In this document: positions 14,379 to 28,140 of the stretch, piece after piece
How the letters are laid out: each line of letters begins with the position of its first letter
Position numbering within the stretch: the first letter of the stretch is position 1
Assembly: GCF_001194135.2 (NCBI RefSeq)
Contig: NC_068985.1
Location: 7,109,112-7,173,111 of the forward strand
Direction: 5' to 3'
Source of the DNA: Octopus bimaculoides
Lineage: Eukaryota
DNA length: 64,000 bases
Made by a program: the position numbers and the translations under genes
Notes under the pieces: model-generated
The model's input: only the letters and a program-made list of their open reading frames with translations
What the model was told of the DNA's origin: nothing
Databases searched by the model: none

Positions 14379-14849
14379 CAAGGATGTTATAGTTGCCTAA
14401 TAATGAATTGGTTTCAGATAGTCTTTCAGTTGAGCAGCTTCGTGGATAACAGAATGATATTATAAACAGGCAAACAACTGGTACCAGGTTAGCTTATGAC
14501 ATTTATATATCTAAACATGAGGGTTGAATTACATGAGTAAAGGTCATAAAAAGAGTGAGATCCGAATGTGCGAATATAGTGTTTTATAGCTGTTTCAAAG
14601 TGGTACATTTCCCTACGATCGGTTGCCTAATTTGTAGTGACCCACCAATTCCATCATTCTCTCTCTGTTCATGGTTTAGTTCGCTGTGTTAAAGTTGGCC
14701 ACTTATTGCTTTCAATGAAACGAGCCATCAGGTAATCTATTTTGATACGACTATGACAGGCTCTTTACAAATCTTATTCCTTCCTTCAACCTCTTATTAC
14801 AACTCATAAGCATACCTGATACCTGTTTGCATATTTATACTTTTATACC

Positions 14850-14901
<52 letters not shown>

Positions 14902-14910
14902 GCACACACA

Positions 14911-15420
14911 GTTTGAGTCTGAGAATTTGATGGGTTTCGGCCAGTATTGGCCCAGGCCTTGTCTAACTTAATAGCACCACCTAGCAAAATCATTCAAATC
15001 AGAAATCGGACAACGTGGCCCACTCGAGGACAGAGTTATTGTTTACGGAGACATATCCCGGTGGAGGTTTATTCGGGAATTTTTGAAGGAATTTGTCCAA
15101 GGACTTCTTGAACTTTATGGGGTCTGTTTCTGCTGTACTGTGTTTTTGTGTAATGTTAAAGAGAGCGGAGCCAATGAAGTGAAATAATTGTGCCTCATTG
15201 TTTTCATACCATGCGATGTATAATTCATGTCGTGGACGTTTAGCACGGGGCACAAGTCTTGGGTGTATCTTAAAGGCAATGCCAACATCATTTGGGCAAC
15301 GCTGGTGGAATATTTTCCACATCATCATGATGATGTAGCGCTCACAGCAGCGTTGGAGAAAATAAAGTTTCAGCTTTTCTAGTCGACTTCAACAGTTAAG
15401 GCCTGTCATGTCATCTATCT
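14911..15420 (-). mobile_element. CR1/L2-type LINE ORF2 C-terminus and 3' end (5'-truncated)
   Basis: Translation MTGLNC*SRLEKLKLYFLQRCCERYIIMMMWKIF..HPRLVPRA..FIGSALFN..FKKSLDKFLQKFPNKPPPGY, typical of post-RT tails in the CR1/L2 group. The 3' boundary is uncertain. Confidence 0.8.
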
Positions 15421-15456
15421 TTTTTGTAATTGACATTTGAGGTGCTTCAATTTTAA

Positions 15457-15492
<36 letters not shown>

Positions 15493-15541
15493 GCATATAT
15501 ACGTATATATTCATTTATATATATATACATATACATATATG

Positions 15542-15634
<93 letters not shown>

Positions 15635-16317
15635 CTTTGTGGGGGGTCTTTTTGCGTGTGTGTGTAGATAGATTAATAATATATATTTACGTATATACAT
15701 ACACACATACATATAAACATAGATACACACATATATATATATATTTCTATACATACACAATTTTAATCAGAGGAATCACGAAATTAAGTTATAGTTCACA
15801 GATTATAAATGGGAGATATGTTTGTTATCTCAACCTGGATTGAATATTGTATGTTTTGTTAGAATTATTTAGTATACAGTTTCTGAAAGACTACAAACAA
15901 ACAGCGAGTTCTTTAGAGTCTATACAAAGATTTTTCAAGTTTATGAATAAGACTGGAAATTAATTTAGAAATATTTATCATTCGAATATGCTTCTGAATA
16001 TTATTTGAATTTGTGCTTTTAATAGAATAACCATCTATTCTACATATAAAGTTTTGATCTAACACTATATTATGCTTGCTTCCTGCTTTTAAATTTTCAT
16101 CTGATATATTAATATCCTTAGAGGAAATACAGGATTCTAAAAACTATTAACTGAAATTCCGTACATTTAATCACTGCATTGTATTAGGTGACAAATCGGT
16201 AATAGTGCAGATAACTTATTTTAACTTTGTGAGGATTCTATTTTTTGATTGACTATTGCTACAAGCTTTAAGGTAAAGAAAAATCACTTATTCCAGTATA
16301 TGTATGGAAATTATTTA

Positions 16318-16683
16318 GCGGCGAGCTGGTAGAATAGTTTGTACGCCGGACAAAATGCTTAGCAGTATTTTAGTCCGTTTTTATAAGATGGCGAGCTGGC
16401 AGAAACGTCAACGCGCCGGGCGAAATGCTTAGTGGCATTTCGTCTGTTATTACGTTATGAGTTCAAATTCTGCCGAGGTCGACTTTGCCTTTCATCCTTT
16501 TCGGAGTCGATAAATTAAGTACCAGTTGCGTACTGGGGTTGTTCTAGTCGACTGGTCCACCTCCCCAAACGTTTTGGGGTTGTGCCTAGAGTAAAAAAGA
16601 TTTTTGTCAGTTTTTATGTTCTTAGTTATAATTCCGCCGAGGTCGACTTCACCTTTCAACCTTTCGGGGTCATTGGGATAAGT
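16318..16683 (+). mobile_element. SINE family A cluster: head fragment (16318-16380), full copy (16389-16600), core fragment (16630-16683)
   Basis: Repeated gcgagctgg(c/t)agaa head, B-box GTTCAAATTC and core cgactttgcctttcatcctt. Confidence 0.9.
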
Positions 16684-17040
16684 TTCACTTGAGTGGATTT
16701 TGGAGTTGTGTTCTTCAGCCAAAAGCATTTTATTTCATGTTGCTCTGATGGTGTGTCAGGTTTATCGTATCATTAAGATAAAGCCAACATGTCGTTCAGG
16801 TGTCGTGAAAGGCGACTAATAGAGGTCGAGGTAAGATTTACACTCCGATCTCATAAAACGTTCGCCAGCAACGACTACAGAAACAGACGCATGTGTTGGA
16901 CGGCTGTTGTCTCTGTGGTACAAAGCTCTCATCCGCCAGGAGTAGGGAACCACAAATAAATAGTGAATGCAGTGACAAGTTATTAGAGCGAATATGCCAC
17001 TACTACTACCACCAGCACTACTACTACTACTACTACTTCT

Positions 17041-17315
17041 CCTCCAAAATTGCTGGCCTTGTGTCAACATAAAAGAATCATTTAGCAAGGTTGCGAGATG
17101 GTGGAATTGTTACTGTGTCGACCACAATTCTAAGTGGAATTTCTTCAAGCATTACGTTCCGAGTTTAAATTATGCTGGCAAGGTTGACTTTGGCTTTATT
17201 CCTTCTTTTGGGGTCGATTAAAATAAGTGTCAGTCAAGCAGTGGTGTCGATCTAGTCGACTAGATTCATTCTCCAAATTTTCAGGTCTGGAGCCTGTAGC
17301 AGAAAGAATTATTTA
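17041..17315 (+). mobile_element. SINE family A tail tip (17041-17085) followed head-to-tail by a diverged full copy (17089-17315)
   Basis: ccaaaattgctggccttgtg tail, then a diverged head and the ttgactttggctttattcctt..ggggtcgattaaaataagt core. Confidence 0.75.
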
Positions 17316-17384
17316 GTAATTTATTAAGATGGAAGTTTCAGCGTTATTCGGAATTTGGAAGTACAGAAAGTATATTCTTCGTAC

Positions 17385-17758
<374 letters not shown>

Positions 17759-18615
17759 CAGGCACACATATATATGGACTGATAGATAGATATATAAATA
17801 GATAGTGCAAGCGAAATAATATTCTAAAATAAACTGAAAATGTATGACGTTGTTATTGTTGTGTTGCCACTGTAAATCTTCGAATTTTACGCCAGAAAGA
17901 TGAATACAGCATAATCCATATCTAAACAACCCGAAGCGAATTAGATTAAATGCTGCGTAGCTGAAACACTTCATTTTGTTCTCTTTGGCAAGGAAAATAA
18001 TCATCCTTTCAGAATGTAATGCAAACGAAATCAGACAAAAACATTCCTCTTAGCGTGATAACCAACTGAGATCATTACAAAACTAATTTCACTATATTAA
18101 AACATGCTAGAATTTCTAGAAAAAAAAAGTGGCTTTTTGTAAGTCTGTAAATGTAAATCGGATTCCATTCTACAGAATTGTTTTATTGTTATTTATTTCT
18201 TATAGTTATGTTTTGTATAAAATATCATGAATGGATTATTACTTTGATTTTAATACAAAATATTCCGGTAGGGTATTATTTATCTTTTTAATAAAACTAG
18301 GAAATATGTTGAGCCAGATTCAGCAAATCTCTATAGATTCATTATAAGCTTTATAGCACAATACAATATTTTGAATGTTCAAAGTTCAGCTTCATGTTTA
18401 GTGCATTATTTCCAATGCATTTTTACATATTTAGTACTGAAACTCTAAAAGTGCATTTCACTTAATAAACTTCTTATAAATCTATCAGTCTTCCTATAAT
18501 TATTCATGCCTTTGATTATTTCTAATCTGTATTACCAATTATGACGTTTTTTTATTAAAATAATCTCTTTGTGGATTTTTTGAAACTATACTAAGTCTAC
18601 TTTATTTCCTTAATT

Positions 18616-19022
18616 GGGGGAGGGAACCAGTCGATTAGATCAACTCCAGTACGCAACTGGTACTTAATTTATCGACCTTGAAAAGATAAAAGGCTAAGTC
18701 GAGCTTGATGGAATTTGAATTCAGAACGTAAGGACAGACGAAATATCGCTAAGCATTTCGCCCGGCGGGCAAACGTTTCTGCCGTCTTGCTACCTTAAAA
18801 TATTGTTTTCTACTCTAGGCACAAGGCCCGAAATTTTTTGGGGGGTGGGGACGGGGCGCAGTCCATTATATCCACCCCAGTATACAACAGGTACTTAATT
18901 TATCGACCCTGAAAGGATGCAAGGCAAAGTTGACCTTGGCAGAATTTGAATTCAGGACATAAAGACGGACGAAATACCGCTAAGCATTTCGCCCAATGTG
19001 CCAACGTTTCTGTCTGCTCGCT
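18616..19022 (-). mobile_element. Two head-to-tail SINE family A copies (18616-18795 and 18806-19022)
   Basis: Both contain aatttatcgacc..gaaaggat.aaaggc.aagt.gac..tgg..gaatttgaattcag and the ctaagcatttcgccc head. Confidence 0.9.
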
Positions 19023-19577
19023 TCGTTCTTAATCACAACTTATTAACCTTCTATGGACGAATTCGTCCCCAAATAATTTTTCGACACATATTCTTTAATC
19101 TGCCACGAAATTAAATTCCCAAAAGCTACATATCTTACCCCAATCCGCGCTCTTTGGTTTCTTTTATAATTAATATCACTTAAATATTGAGACTTATAAC
19201 ATTTTCTGTCTTTTTTGCTCTGTATATACGCCGTTACATTTTCGTTCAACCCGAAAGAAGTGATACGACCCCACTCATATATTCATTTTAAAATAAGCTT
19301 CTCGGCGTATTTACTTATTTATTTATTCAAATAATTGACATTTTGTCTTCTCGCCCTCCAATATGGTGTCATATCTATCGGGTTTTCTCAGCTCTCATAC
19401 TCGCACTACCGATCTCCTATACTCTCTCTTTCATTTCTTTCTACGTTGATATTCTACTAGATGAGGCAAGGACCTGACCATTCGAGGTAGAAGACATAAA
19501 CCATCCCGATCATATGTAACGGGCGTTGATCATCAACCTGTTCATATTGTGATAAGTCTCAACTTAGCAATATCTTC

Positions 19578-20461
19578 CTAGCACTGACTTCAACCGCTCA
19601 AGCTGCTCGCAGTATATCTCCTTTGTTATCGTTTGGTTTGAGTTTAAAAATTCAAAGTGGGCTAAACCTTTCATATCCCACCAAACAGATAACAACATCT
19701 TACGCGGGAGAAGGCTTTAGCCTGGGGTGCCGGCGTTTCTCCTTTCTCTGCCCACTGTCTTCGGCACTTGTCGTTTTTATAGAGAACCCATTCTTGTCAC
19801 CAGTCACTATTCGGTCCAAAAAAGGTTCATTCCTAAGACGTGATAGCAAAGAAGAGCACACATTCACTCTCTACACGTGATTAGACTCGGGAAGTTTGTG
19901 AGGAACCCATTGACCCAATTTACTGACTTTTCCGATGACACGCAAGTGTCGATGAATGGTTGAATGAGCAAATCCAAGCCTCTCTGCTAGTTACGATGGG
20001 ATTTTGTTCCTCCAGGGTTTGCAGGACATCATCGTCAAGCTCTACAGATCTCCCAGGACGAGGCTCGTCTTCTAGGCTGTAGTTTCCGACTCAGACTATC
20101 TGGAATTACTGTTGACACTGGCTTACGCTTATTGTTCGATTCCCATATACTGCATTAANNNNNNNNNNGTTCGATTCCCATATACTGCATTAATATTCCT
20201 CGCAATTTCCATTGCGTTATTGCCTTTATTGAACTCATAAAGCAGACTACGCCGAATATGCTCCTTTGTCACTTCCATTATAGCTTTGAAAAAATAACTG
20301 TTAAAATCGAACTGTACTCTTCAAGATTTTCACTAAGAATAACGGCAAGGTAAAATTACTACCTGCTTTTATAGTAAGTTCATTCAGGTAGTTTATCCCG
20401 CCTCACTCCCGAGTTTTAGATCATGCAATTGAAAATACGTATTATTTATGGGATGACCCAA
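19578..20461 (-). mobile_element. Second copy of the 7387-8300 mariner: 5' TIR through most of the DDD domain, 3'-truncated
   Basis: Long near-identical stretch shared with 7830-8300, and it retains KLGQWVPHKL..FLDRIVTGDK..MLLSVWWDMKG..EIYCEQLERLKS. TIR ends ...GGGATGACCCAA followed by TA. Confidence 0.93.
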
Positions 20462-20526
20462 TATATATGAGGTAAACTATAAGTATTATTTATGGGATGA
20501 CCCAATATATATGAGGTAAACTATAA
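20439..20526. repeat. Exact 44-bp tandem duplication spanning the mariner TIR tip and its flank
   Basis: gtattatttatgggatgacccaatatatatgaggtaaactataa occurs twice. Confidence 0.95.
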
Positions 20527-22385
20527 GTAGACCACTCAAGTAATTTAGTGATAATCTTTTCAAATGAATCTCATTGACCGTTATGCTTCCCATGTTGCAT
20601 TGTATGCAGGACTTCTGACTAATCAAGGCAATATTCGAAGACGAGTGTCATTGGTGTCAACTTGTTTTGCACACTGCATAACCGTCGTAAAATTTGCCTG
20701 GTTGTTACATTCTTCTGCTTTCACTCATATTTCTTTATCTACTGATCCGTATCACCGACCCCAAACGTTGAAGTTGAATATTAAGCTCATTAATATCCTA
20801 CATCTAGGTTTAAGAAACATATAAAATGACACTGCCTTCCTAGTCAAAGTGTTATAAATACATCTATCATATATAGAGCCTGTATCGTCTTCCGTTCGCT
20901 GACATTTAAATTTAGTCCTCTAACACATTATAAAAATCCGATGCAGATATCATGCTTAAAAGAAACTTTTGTATCAAAATTGCTGCAGAATCATATTTAT
21001 TTTGCACTCGAAAAAATCTAAGTAAACGTCGGGACAGAATATCTAAATATTTTCTACAAACTGGAGCCAAGTATAATACGATTCAAATGCACATATTCTG
21101 GGGTTTGTTTATGTGAGCTATAAAATACGGCATCACTTCCTTTAAGTAATATAGAGGTACATGATTTGTGTTTACTATTTCTCCAATGATCCCTGCACTA
21201 TGTTACTTTAAACAGGTGGAAATGAAGGCTCAACAATCCTGCACGCTATTTTCCTCTTCGCCATTTCCAGGCTGAAAAAATAACGAACGAAAAGAAAGGG
21301 ATTTGGAACAAAGCCAATATTACATAGCTCTGGATATTATAGGGTAACATATTCGATTAGGAAATGATTCAATCTGTAAATTATTCATCCATTCTGCACT
21401 AATATTGTCAAAAGAAATGGTTATTGCATGAACGCTATATGTCCTTTTGATGTCGGTTTGCTGGTTAGTATTGTAAAATCCCCTGCAATGAGAATTGAGA
21501 ATTATATAATCGATTATTGACCATTAGAATCGAACAGTTATCCATATCACTCTTGCAAATAAATATATATATTACGAACATAAGCATTTGATATTTTGAA
21601 TAAATAATACGTCATTGAGAAAACAGTTCTTTCTTTTATTTTGTCAACGTTTTCATTTTATATAATTTCCATTGGGTAATGTAATTGACTTTTAAAACCT
21701 CTCCGAGATGAACTTCACGGTCGACCACCGCCTTTTAAATTCTGATTCAATCATTAATTGAATGAATACGCTGCTCAACTATATTTTTGTTTTCTCATAG
21801 TACGTCTAGACGTTCATGTCCGTGGTTTTTAACTAATACTTCTACGATGGATCCTACACTGACTTCTACGACTTAGTTTTGTTACCTTATCATTATTTTT
21901 TTGCTTCGAATCTCAATCTAAAAGTATTTATGATCGCATGATAAAATATTATAGCTATACAGTGCAACGAAAGTTTGTTTTCTTAAGTCTTCATAATATT
22001 ATATTACGGGAATTTTTTAACTGCAATTGTTTATATGCAATTACAGCATAGATCACATTTCCTCTATTTTATTACAATACCGAACAGATAAGCCATTTGG
22101 TGTCGTAATAAAAAAATCATAATTATATGGATTAGAATAGGCCAAGCAAAAGTAATGAATTTCTTTTCCACAACTTTTCTCCGCATATAGAAATTGCTTT
22201 TGTATAGAAGCATTACTCTGTGGCATACGATAGCTGACTGATTTTGTATTTAAAACTTTCAATATCGTCAATTATGCTGTTAAAATGTCTCTCCAATGCA
22301 TTTGTCAAAAGAGTTTTAGTGCCAGATTTTATCCATCCCTGACATGATCAATAAATATTATGCAAAAAGAAGTAAACACAGAATA

Positions 22386-22428
<43 letters not shown>

Positions 22429-22519
22429 TTATACATAGAGATATGAAATAAATACGCACATATACACAACTATAAATCTGCGCTAATATATAATCCTCAT
22501 TAAATATCTACATTCCTTT

Positions 22520-22723
22520 TATGCGTACGTGTGCGTGCGTGTGCGTATTGTTTGCATTATATATTTACACATACGTATATACATACTTATATTTACACAG
22601 ACATATATATATACATGTATGTATGCATATATAAGTACATATATACACACACACATATATATATATGTATATATATATATGTATATATATACATATATAT
22701 ATATATACATGCACATATATATG

Positions 22724-22792
<69 letters not shown>

Positions 22793-22825
22793 GCACATAT
22801 ATATGTATTAATGCATGCATATATG
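22520..22825. repeat. Degenerate (TA)n/(CA)n microsatellite
   Basis: Seen directly. Confidence 0.95.
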
Positions 22826-22978
22826 AATAAGTTATTTTAATATATATCACATTGATATGCATTATTGAATAGGAAAACCGAATGGACAAAACATCGACAT
22901 AAAATGGAATATATAAAGATTATCGGTCCCCGGTAAATCACTTTACCAACACAACAAAAATTATTTATTTAAAATAAT

Positions 22979-23023
<45 letters not shown>

Positions 23024-24659
23024 TCTGTGAAGAACGTAGCAAAGTACAGTATATATATTTACATACACAACGTTCAATAAGCATATAGAATGTACGAATT
23101 TTAACAAAGCACATTTTACTGATTATATTATATATGTATGTGTGTGTGTACATACACACACACGCACGCACACACACACATGTTTATAGATAGATAGATT
23201 GCTACAGTATGAATTTGTCGAAAACTTAGCAATATGTCAAGATACTTTAAAGAAAACAAAATAAAAAATATTATTAGTGGGTCAAAGCTTTATGAAATAT
23301 ATTCAGTAGGTGCATTCCAGTGTAGATTAGATGAATCTAAATAAATAAGACTATGATAAAATGTCAGATATATTTTGAAAAGCCGCAGTAAATAAGAAAG
23401 GGCAAAGTCGGAAAATTCAATTGACTTCTCAAACTTTAAAAATCAATTCTAACGCTGGTCGTGCATAAACGCCGAGAATAACACTTCATTGTACGAAAAC
23501 ACTGGCGTAAAATTAAGATTATTATTTTGTTGTGTTTTTTACACTCACGTTGCTTTTTTGATTTACATACTTTATGCTTAATAACTCTCTAAATAGGAAA
23601 CGTTTGAGTAAAAAATATATATCAACTGAGCCGTGTGCAAAATGAACATATATTTATATGCCTAAGTGCTTATGCACGGACTGTCTAACAATGCACTGGG
23701 CTAAGGCGTTTCTGTTGTCCCTAACGGATATATATCGTAAAGTCACACACACACACACACACGTATATATATGTGTGTGTGTGTGTGTGTAGTTTAGGAC
23801 AATCAGTAAGTTGTTATTATAGAACTCGGAGTTTCAAGTGCCGGAGCTAAGATCTACGATGCATCCTCTCTGGTGCATTTTTACCTACACTTTGTTACGA
23901 AAAATAATAATAATAATAATAATAATAGCTCCAGACTAAATAACAACAAAGAGGTACACTAAGAAGCTCTCTCCGCAAAACACCCTTAATACAGGAGAGT
24001 ATTGTCGTTCGTATGAAGCATTGTGTATTGTAAATTACAACAGGTATATAGTCCATTTTTTTGTATTATAGTGCATTGCTGTACCATTCTAAACTTATTC
24101 TTTACACTTAATACAATATCCTCGGTGCAATGGAAGGAAGGAAAACTTCGCGATACAGCTGTGGGAAAGTTCTGTTAAGGCAAAGGAACTAAAACATCGG
24201 AAAGATTTTTTTTAGTGTAGTTTCTTTCTTAAATGCGTGATATCTCATCGTGACAAGACGCCGAAAGCAGCAGGAGGAACCCTGGAAAAACACACAAAAC
24301 ACACCAACTACGCAGTAAGTACGTAAATTGAATATTTACCTGTACATAACTGTCCATACATCCATATGCACATGCTAATATTTATAAGCTACATAAATAA
24401 TGCCTACATGACACAGAAAATAAAAGAAAAACACACCCAAGCAGAGACAAAGCGACTTCCCAAATTAGTTACTCAGTTTAAAACATCCCTAAAACATTGG
24501 AGACAATATGCCCGGTAACAATATGATTCTCTGAGCCTTTGAGCTTTCAGTATTATTCGTTGTAAAGCCCATATTATGCACGAAAACAAAAGAAAATATA
24601 TATTGGCGATTTTCGATCTATCAGTCTACGATAGAACAAATATATCCATTCGAAGAAGA

Positions 24660-26782
24660 AAGAAGCGGTGTCTTGTCAAAAAGTCAACCCCGAACAAACA
24701 GATCCGTCTCTTATTGTCACCACTAATGCTTTAATGACATGCCAAATCTCATGCCGGATCGGACATCGCCCGGGACAAGGACCGTGTTACACAGTGAGGG
24801 ACCAGACTTGGGTCGAAAAGTCTGCTGCTGGAACAAACTCTCTAAAAAGACGAACTATCACGTAACCAGATCCAGGATAAGCTTAACCGTAGACCTGTAG
24901 TGACATTCCTAAAGCACGATCTAAAGCAAAACGCATAAAATGAACTAGAGAGTATTATAGAGATGTGTTGAAAGCTTTCTATACAGCCGAACTAAATCTA
25001 AACAATAAGCTCATTGTACAAGCATGGAGAAACCTGATAAGCAACGAAGTACGCAGTTATATAGACGCCAATACATTAAGTAATGTACGGAAAGACATCA
25101 TTAAGAATAAAAGCTTAACTGACGCTGAAATTAGTGAAATTATGACCAAATGAAAACAACAACAGCGCAGATAAAATAGGTAACAAATGCACGGAACCCA
25201 GTGTACGAGCAGTACATCCCAACGAAGAAGCTGAAGAATAGCGAAGAACAGATATGCGGAAAAATAAAAGAAAGTAGATCTACCTGAAAACACTCGAAAT
25301 AGATATGATACAGAATTTGTGGTGAATAATAAAGAGAAGATAATAAAAGCAAAAGACGATATTATGAGAGAATTCAGCAAGACTGAATCTACTGACATGA
25401 TCAATAGAGAACCGCTACGAAATTTATCAAACATCATAAAAAACAACATAATCATGATATATAATGTTACTCTTAGGCAGATCTTAAGAAATGAAGAAAA
25501 TGATTTAACAACCTTATATAACCTCATCTATTCCACTGCTAAAGTTGTAACTGCTCAATTAGGTATCAGTACGAAACAAAAGGACTAACCATGTCAATAG
25601 ACCTCCTGAGTAGAAAATAGCAATACAAAAAGAGATTGAATCTCTGCGGGCGGATGAATCAGTTCTCGATGAACTTGCTAGAGGAGTTAAAACGATGCGA
25701 GCTAGAGAAATCAAACAAAAATATAAAACTATAGAACCAAAGAGTTTATAAACCTCCCTGCAACCACGGAACTATTTAAACCACGAATACACCTGAAAGC
25801 CCAACGGCTTAGAAAGTATGATAAAAGAATTATATTTTGTTGACAAAACAAGATATTCAAGATGAATGCAAAGAAGTTTTATAGGGAAATTGGCAAAAAT
25901 AAGATAGAAGTAAAGGAGCCACCTAAGACTAAGGAAATGGAAAAGTTGTAGACGAAGATATGGTGCAACAAAAAAGAATATGATGCTGAAGCTCACTTGA
26001 CAGAGCGTGAGAAAGTGAGACTGGAGGAAGAGGCAATAGGAGTAGAAATTCTCAAAAATGGAAAAATTCAGGCCTGGACCGGATCCCTAATTTCTGGCTG
26101 AATTGTTTGACGGAAGTACACCAACATTTTGCGAATTTAAAAATCGTCACGATAAGATAGGAGAGTATTTACTTTGGAAAATATGTAAACACTACAAAAT
26201 CAGCACTCCTGGTTACTAGTATGAACATCATCCTGAGCCAGTCATTGAAGGTAAAAATGTTACCATTCTCTGGAATTTTCCAGTAAACACCGATAGAACG
26301 ATCCAAGTTAATCGACCAGACATAGTCGTTAAAGAGGGGGAAGAAAATACTTGCAGACTAAGAGATGTAAGTGTTCCAACTAATAAAAATATATCTGTAA
26401 AGGAATTTGACAAATTAAATAAATATAAGGACCTAGAAATTAAAATACAAAAATGTGGCATCTTAAAGCGAGAATTGTACCTGTTATTTTAGGTGCCCTA
26501 TGTATGATAAGAAAGGAGTTCAGAAACTTCTACATAATCTCCCAGAAGAACAACGTCTCACAGAAATCCAAAACATTTTGCTTACAAGTACTGCCCACAT
26601 CCTTAGAAGAACCCTATCAATTTAAACGTCCGTGTTGTATTACAAGAAAATATTTCGCTGCTACCCCTTCCAATTCCCCTCCCCAAGCTTTCAGTCATAA
26701 TGTAACATCTCTTCTCCTTCATTGGCCATTGGATGCTGGGTGTGCATCGGCAAGTGATTGTAACAAAGATGCAGATTAAAAG

Positions 26783-26832
<50 letters not shown>
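24660..26832 (+). mobile_element. R4/Dong-like RLE non-LTR retrotransposon copy 1, most of the RT deleted, (TAA)n tail
   Basis: N-terminal KWTREYY..DANTLSNVRKDI, then KAQRLRKY..KKFYREIG and GPDRIPNFWL, then a jump at about 26130 to RHDKIG..NRPDIVV..DVSVP..KYKDLEI..VPVILGAL..TAHILRRTLSI*. (TAA)n at 26783-26832. The 5' boundary is uncertain. Confidence 0.9.
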
Positions 26833-26978
26833 TGAAAACACTTTCAATACAGTAACCATAAGAGCATCACAGCAAACCACAGCACATACCCAAGGCGCAC
26901 AGAGCTGCGCTCGGTAGTGAAGTGAAAGCACGTTATAAAAATAAAACTACTGAACAATAATAATGACAATAATAATAC
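26833..26978 (+). mobile_element. R4/Dong-like copy 2, extreme 3' stub
   Basis: Starts at ..KTLSIQ* (compare copy 1 RRTLSI*), followed by a short 3' UTR and a degenerate (TAA)n tail. Confidence 0.65.
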
Positions 26979-26984
26979 GAACTA

Positions 26985-28102
26985 AATAGCACAATTAGAG
27001 AAGATCAGGATCAGGCAGCCAGTAATTTGAGGTACATTGATCGACGTAAGCTCAAAGTTGAAACCGAAGAGATAGATTCGATCGTTTTTATTCCAGACAA
27101 GAAATATAATTGAATCTAACGGGATTATTTCGGCTGCAGCTATGGTTGCTGCAGACAGAGTTGGATACAAAAGAAAAGAAGAAACAGAAGGTAAAGAGCC
27201 ATACTGGCGAAGATGAATTTGTTAGAAACAAAGTAGAAAGACATTTAGGACAATACACTGTAAGGCTTGACAGAGAAATAGTAAGCCTAAGTAAAATCCA
27301 ACAATGTTTCAAAATCTCTGGACAAAAAGCTGGAAGGGAAGGAATGATTCCCGCTGCAAAAGATCAATGTCTGACTACGACCAACTATAAAAGCTAAATA
27401 TTGAAAACCGACCCAAACACCAAATTCAGAATGTGCAGCTAGCACAATGAGATTTATTACATCATCTTTGGTTGTCTGCTTCTTGCCAAATGTGAATATA
27501 TACACAGACATGACCGAGTAAGTAGTTATATCCACATAGACATTGCATTGGCTTCTGACCAAAATATTGTTCAAAAAGAAGTGGAGAAATTTCTGAAGTA
27601 CAAAGGTCTCGAAATTGAAGTAATCAAGATGTGCGGCATGAAGGTAAAAACGATACCAGTAATAATTGGAGCATTGAGCATGATAAAAATAAAACATGAA
27701 CGCAAACGTAGAAGCCATGCCTGAATTCTTGACACTGCACACTCTCCCCAAAATAGTCATTAGGAAGGGCCTATCTCCTACGCAAAACACAATCAATTCC
27801 ATAACACAACCTAAACAAAACAATCTACAAACATGACATACTCTATATAGCAAATCCTCAATACAACAAACTACTGCCAGCGCGCCAGATACCCGACACG
27901 TTGCAAACACAATATAAATATTAATACAATAAAATCCCGCACCAAACGCTATAATAAAGGAAAGTGACGCAATAGAATGCCATAAAACGTTTGCATACTC
28001 CCAACAACACGGAGGTGTATCAGGTGATGCAGTAAAAATTTGCCTCAAACTACCAAATGTTAAATAATAATAATAATAATAATAATAATGATGATGATTA
28101 TG

Positions 28103-28140
<38 letters not shown>
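26985..28140 (+). mobile_element. R4/Dong-like copy 3, with multiple internal deletions, (TAA)n tail
   Basis: AAAMVAADRVGY..KEPYWRR, then EGMIPAAKDQCLTTTNY, EYIHRHDRV and DIALASDQNIVQKEVEKFLKYKGLEIEV..IPVIIGAL. (TAA)n at about 28061-28140. Confidence 0.85.

Noticed and set aside
18839-18858. G-rich run ggggggtggggacgggg as a possible G-quadruplex
   Set aside because: Only three clear G-tracts, and it is a variable part of the SINE-A tail.
20134-20193. 25-bp direct repeat on both sides of a 10-N gap
   Set aside because: Typical contig-overlap artefact; the homologous mariner copy at about 8015 has it only once.
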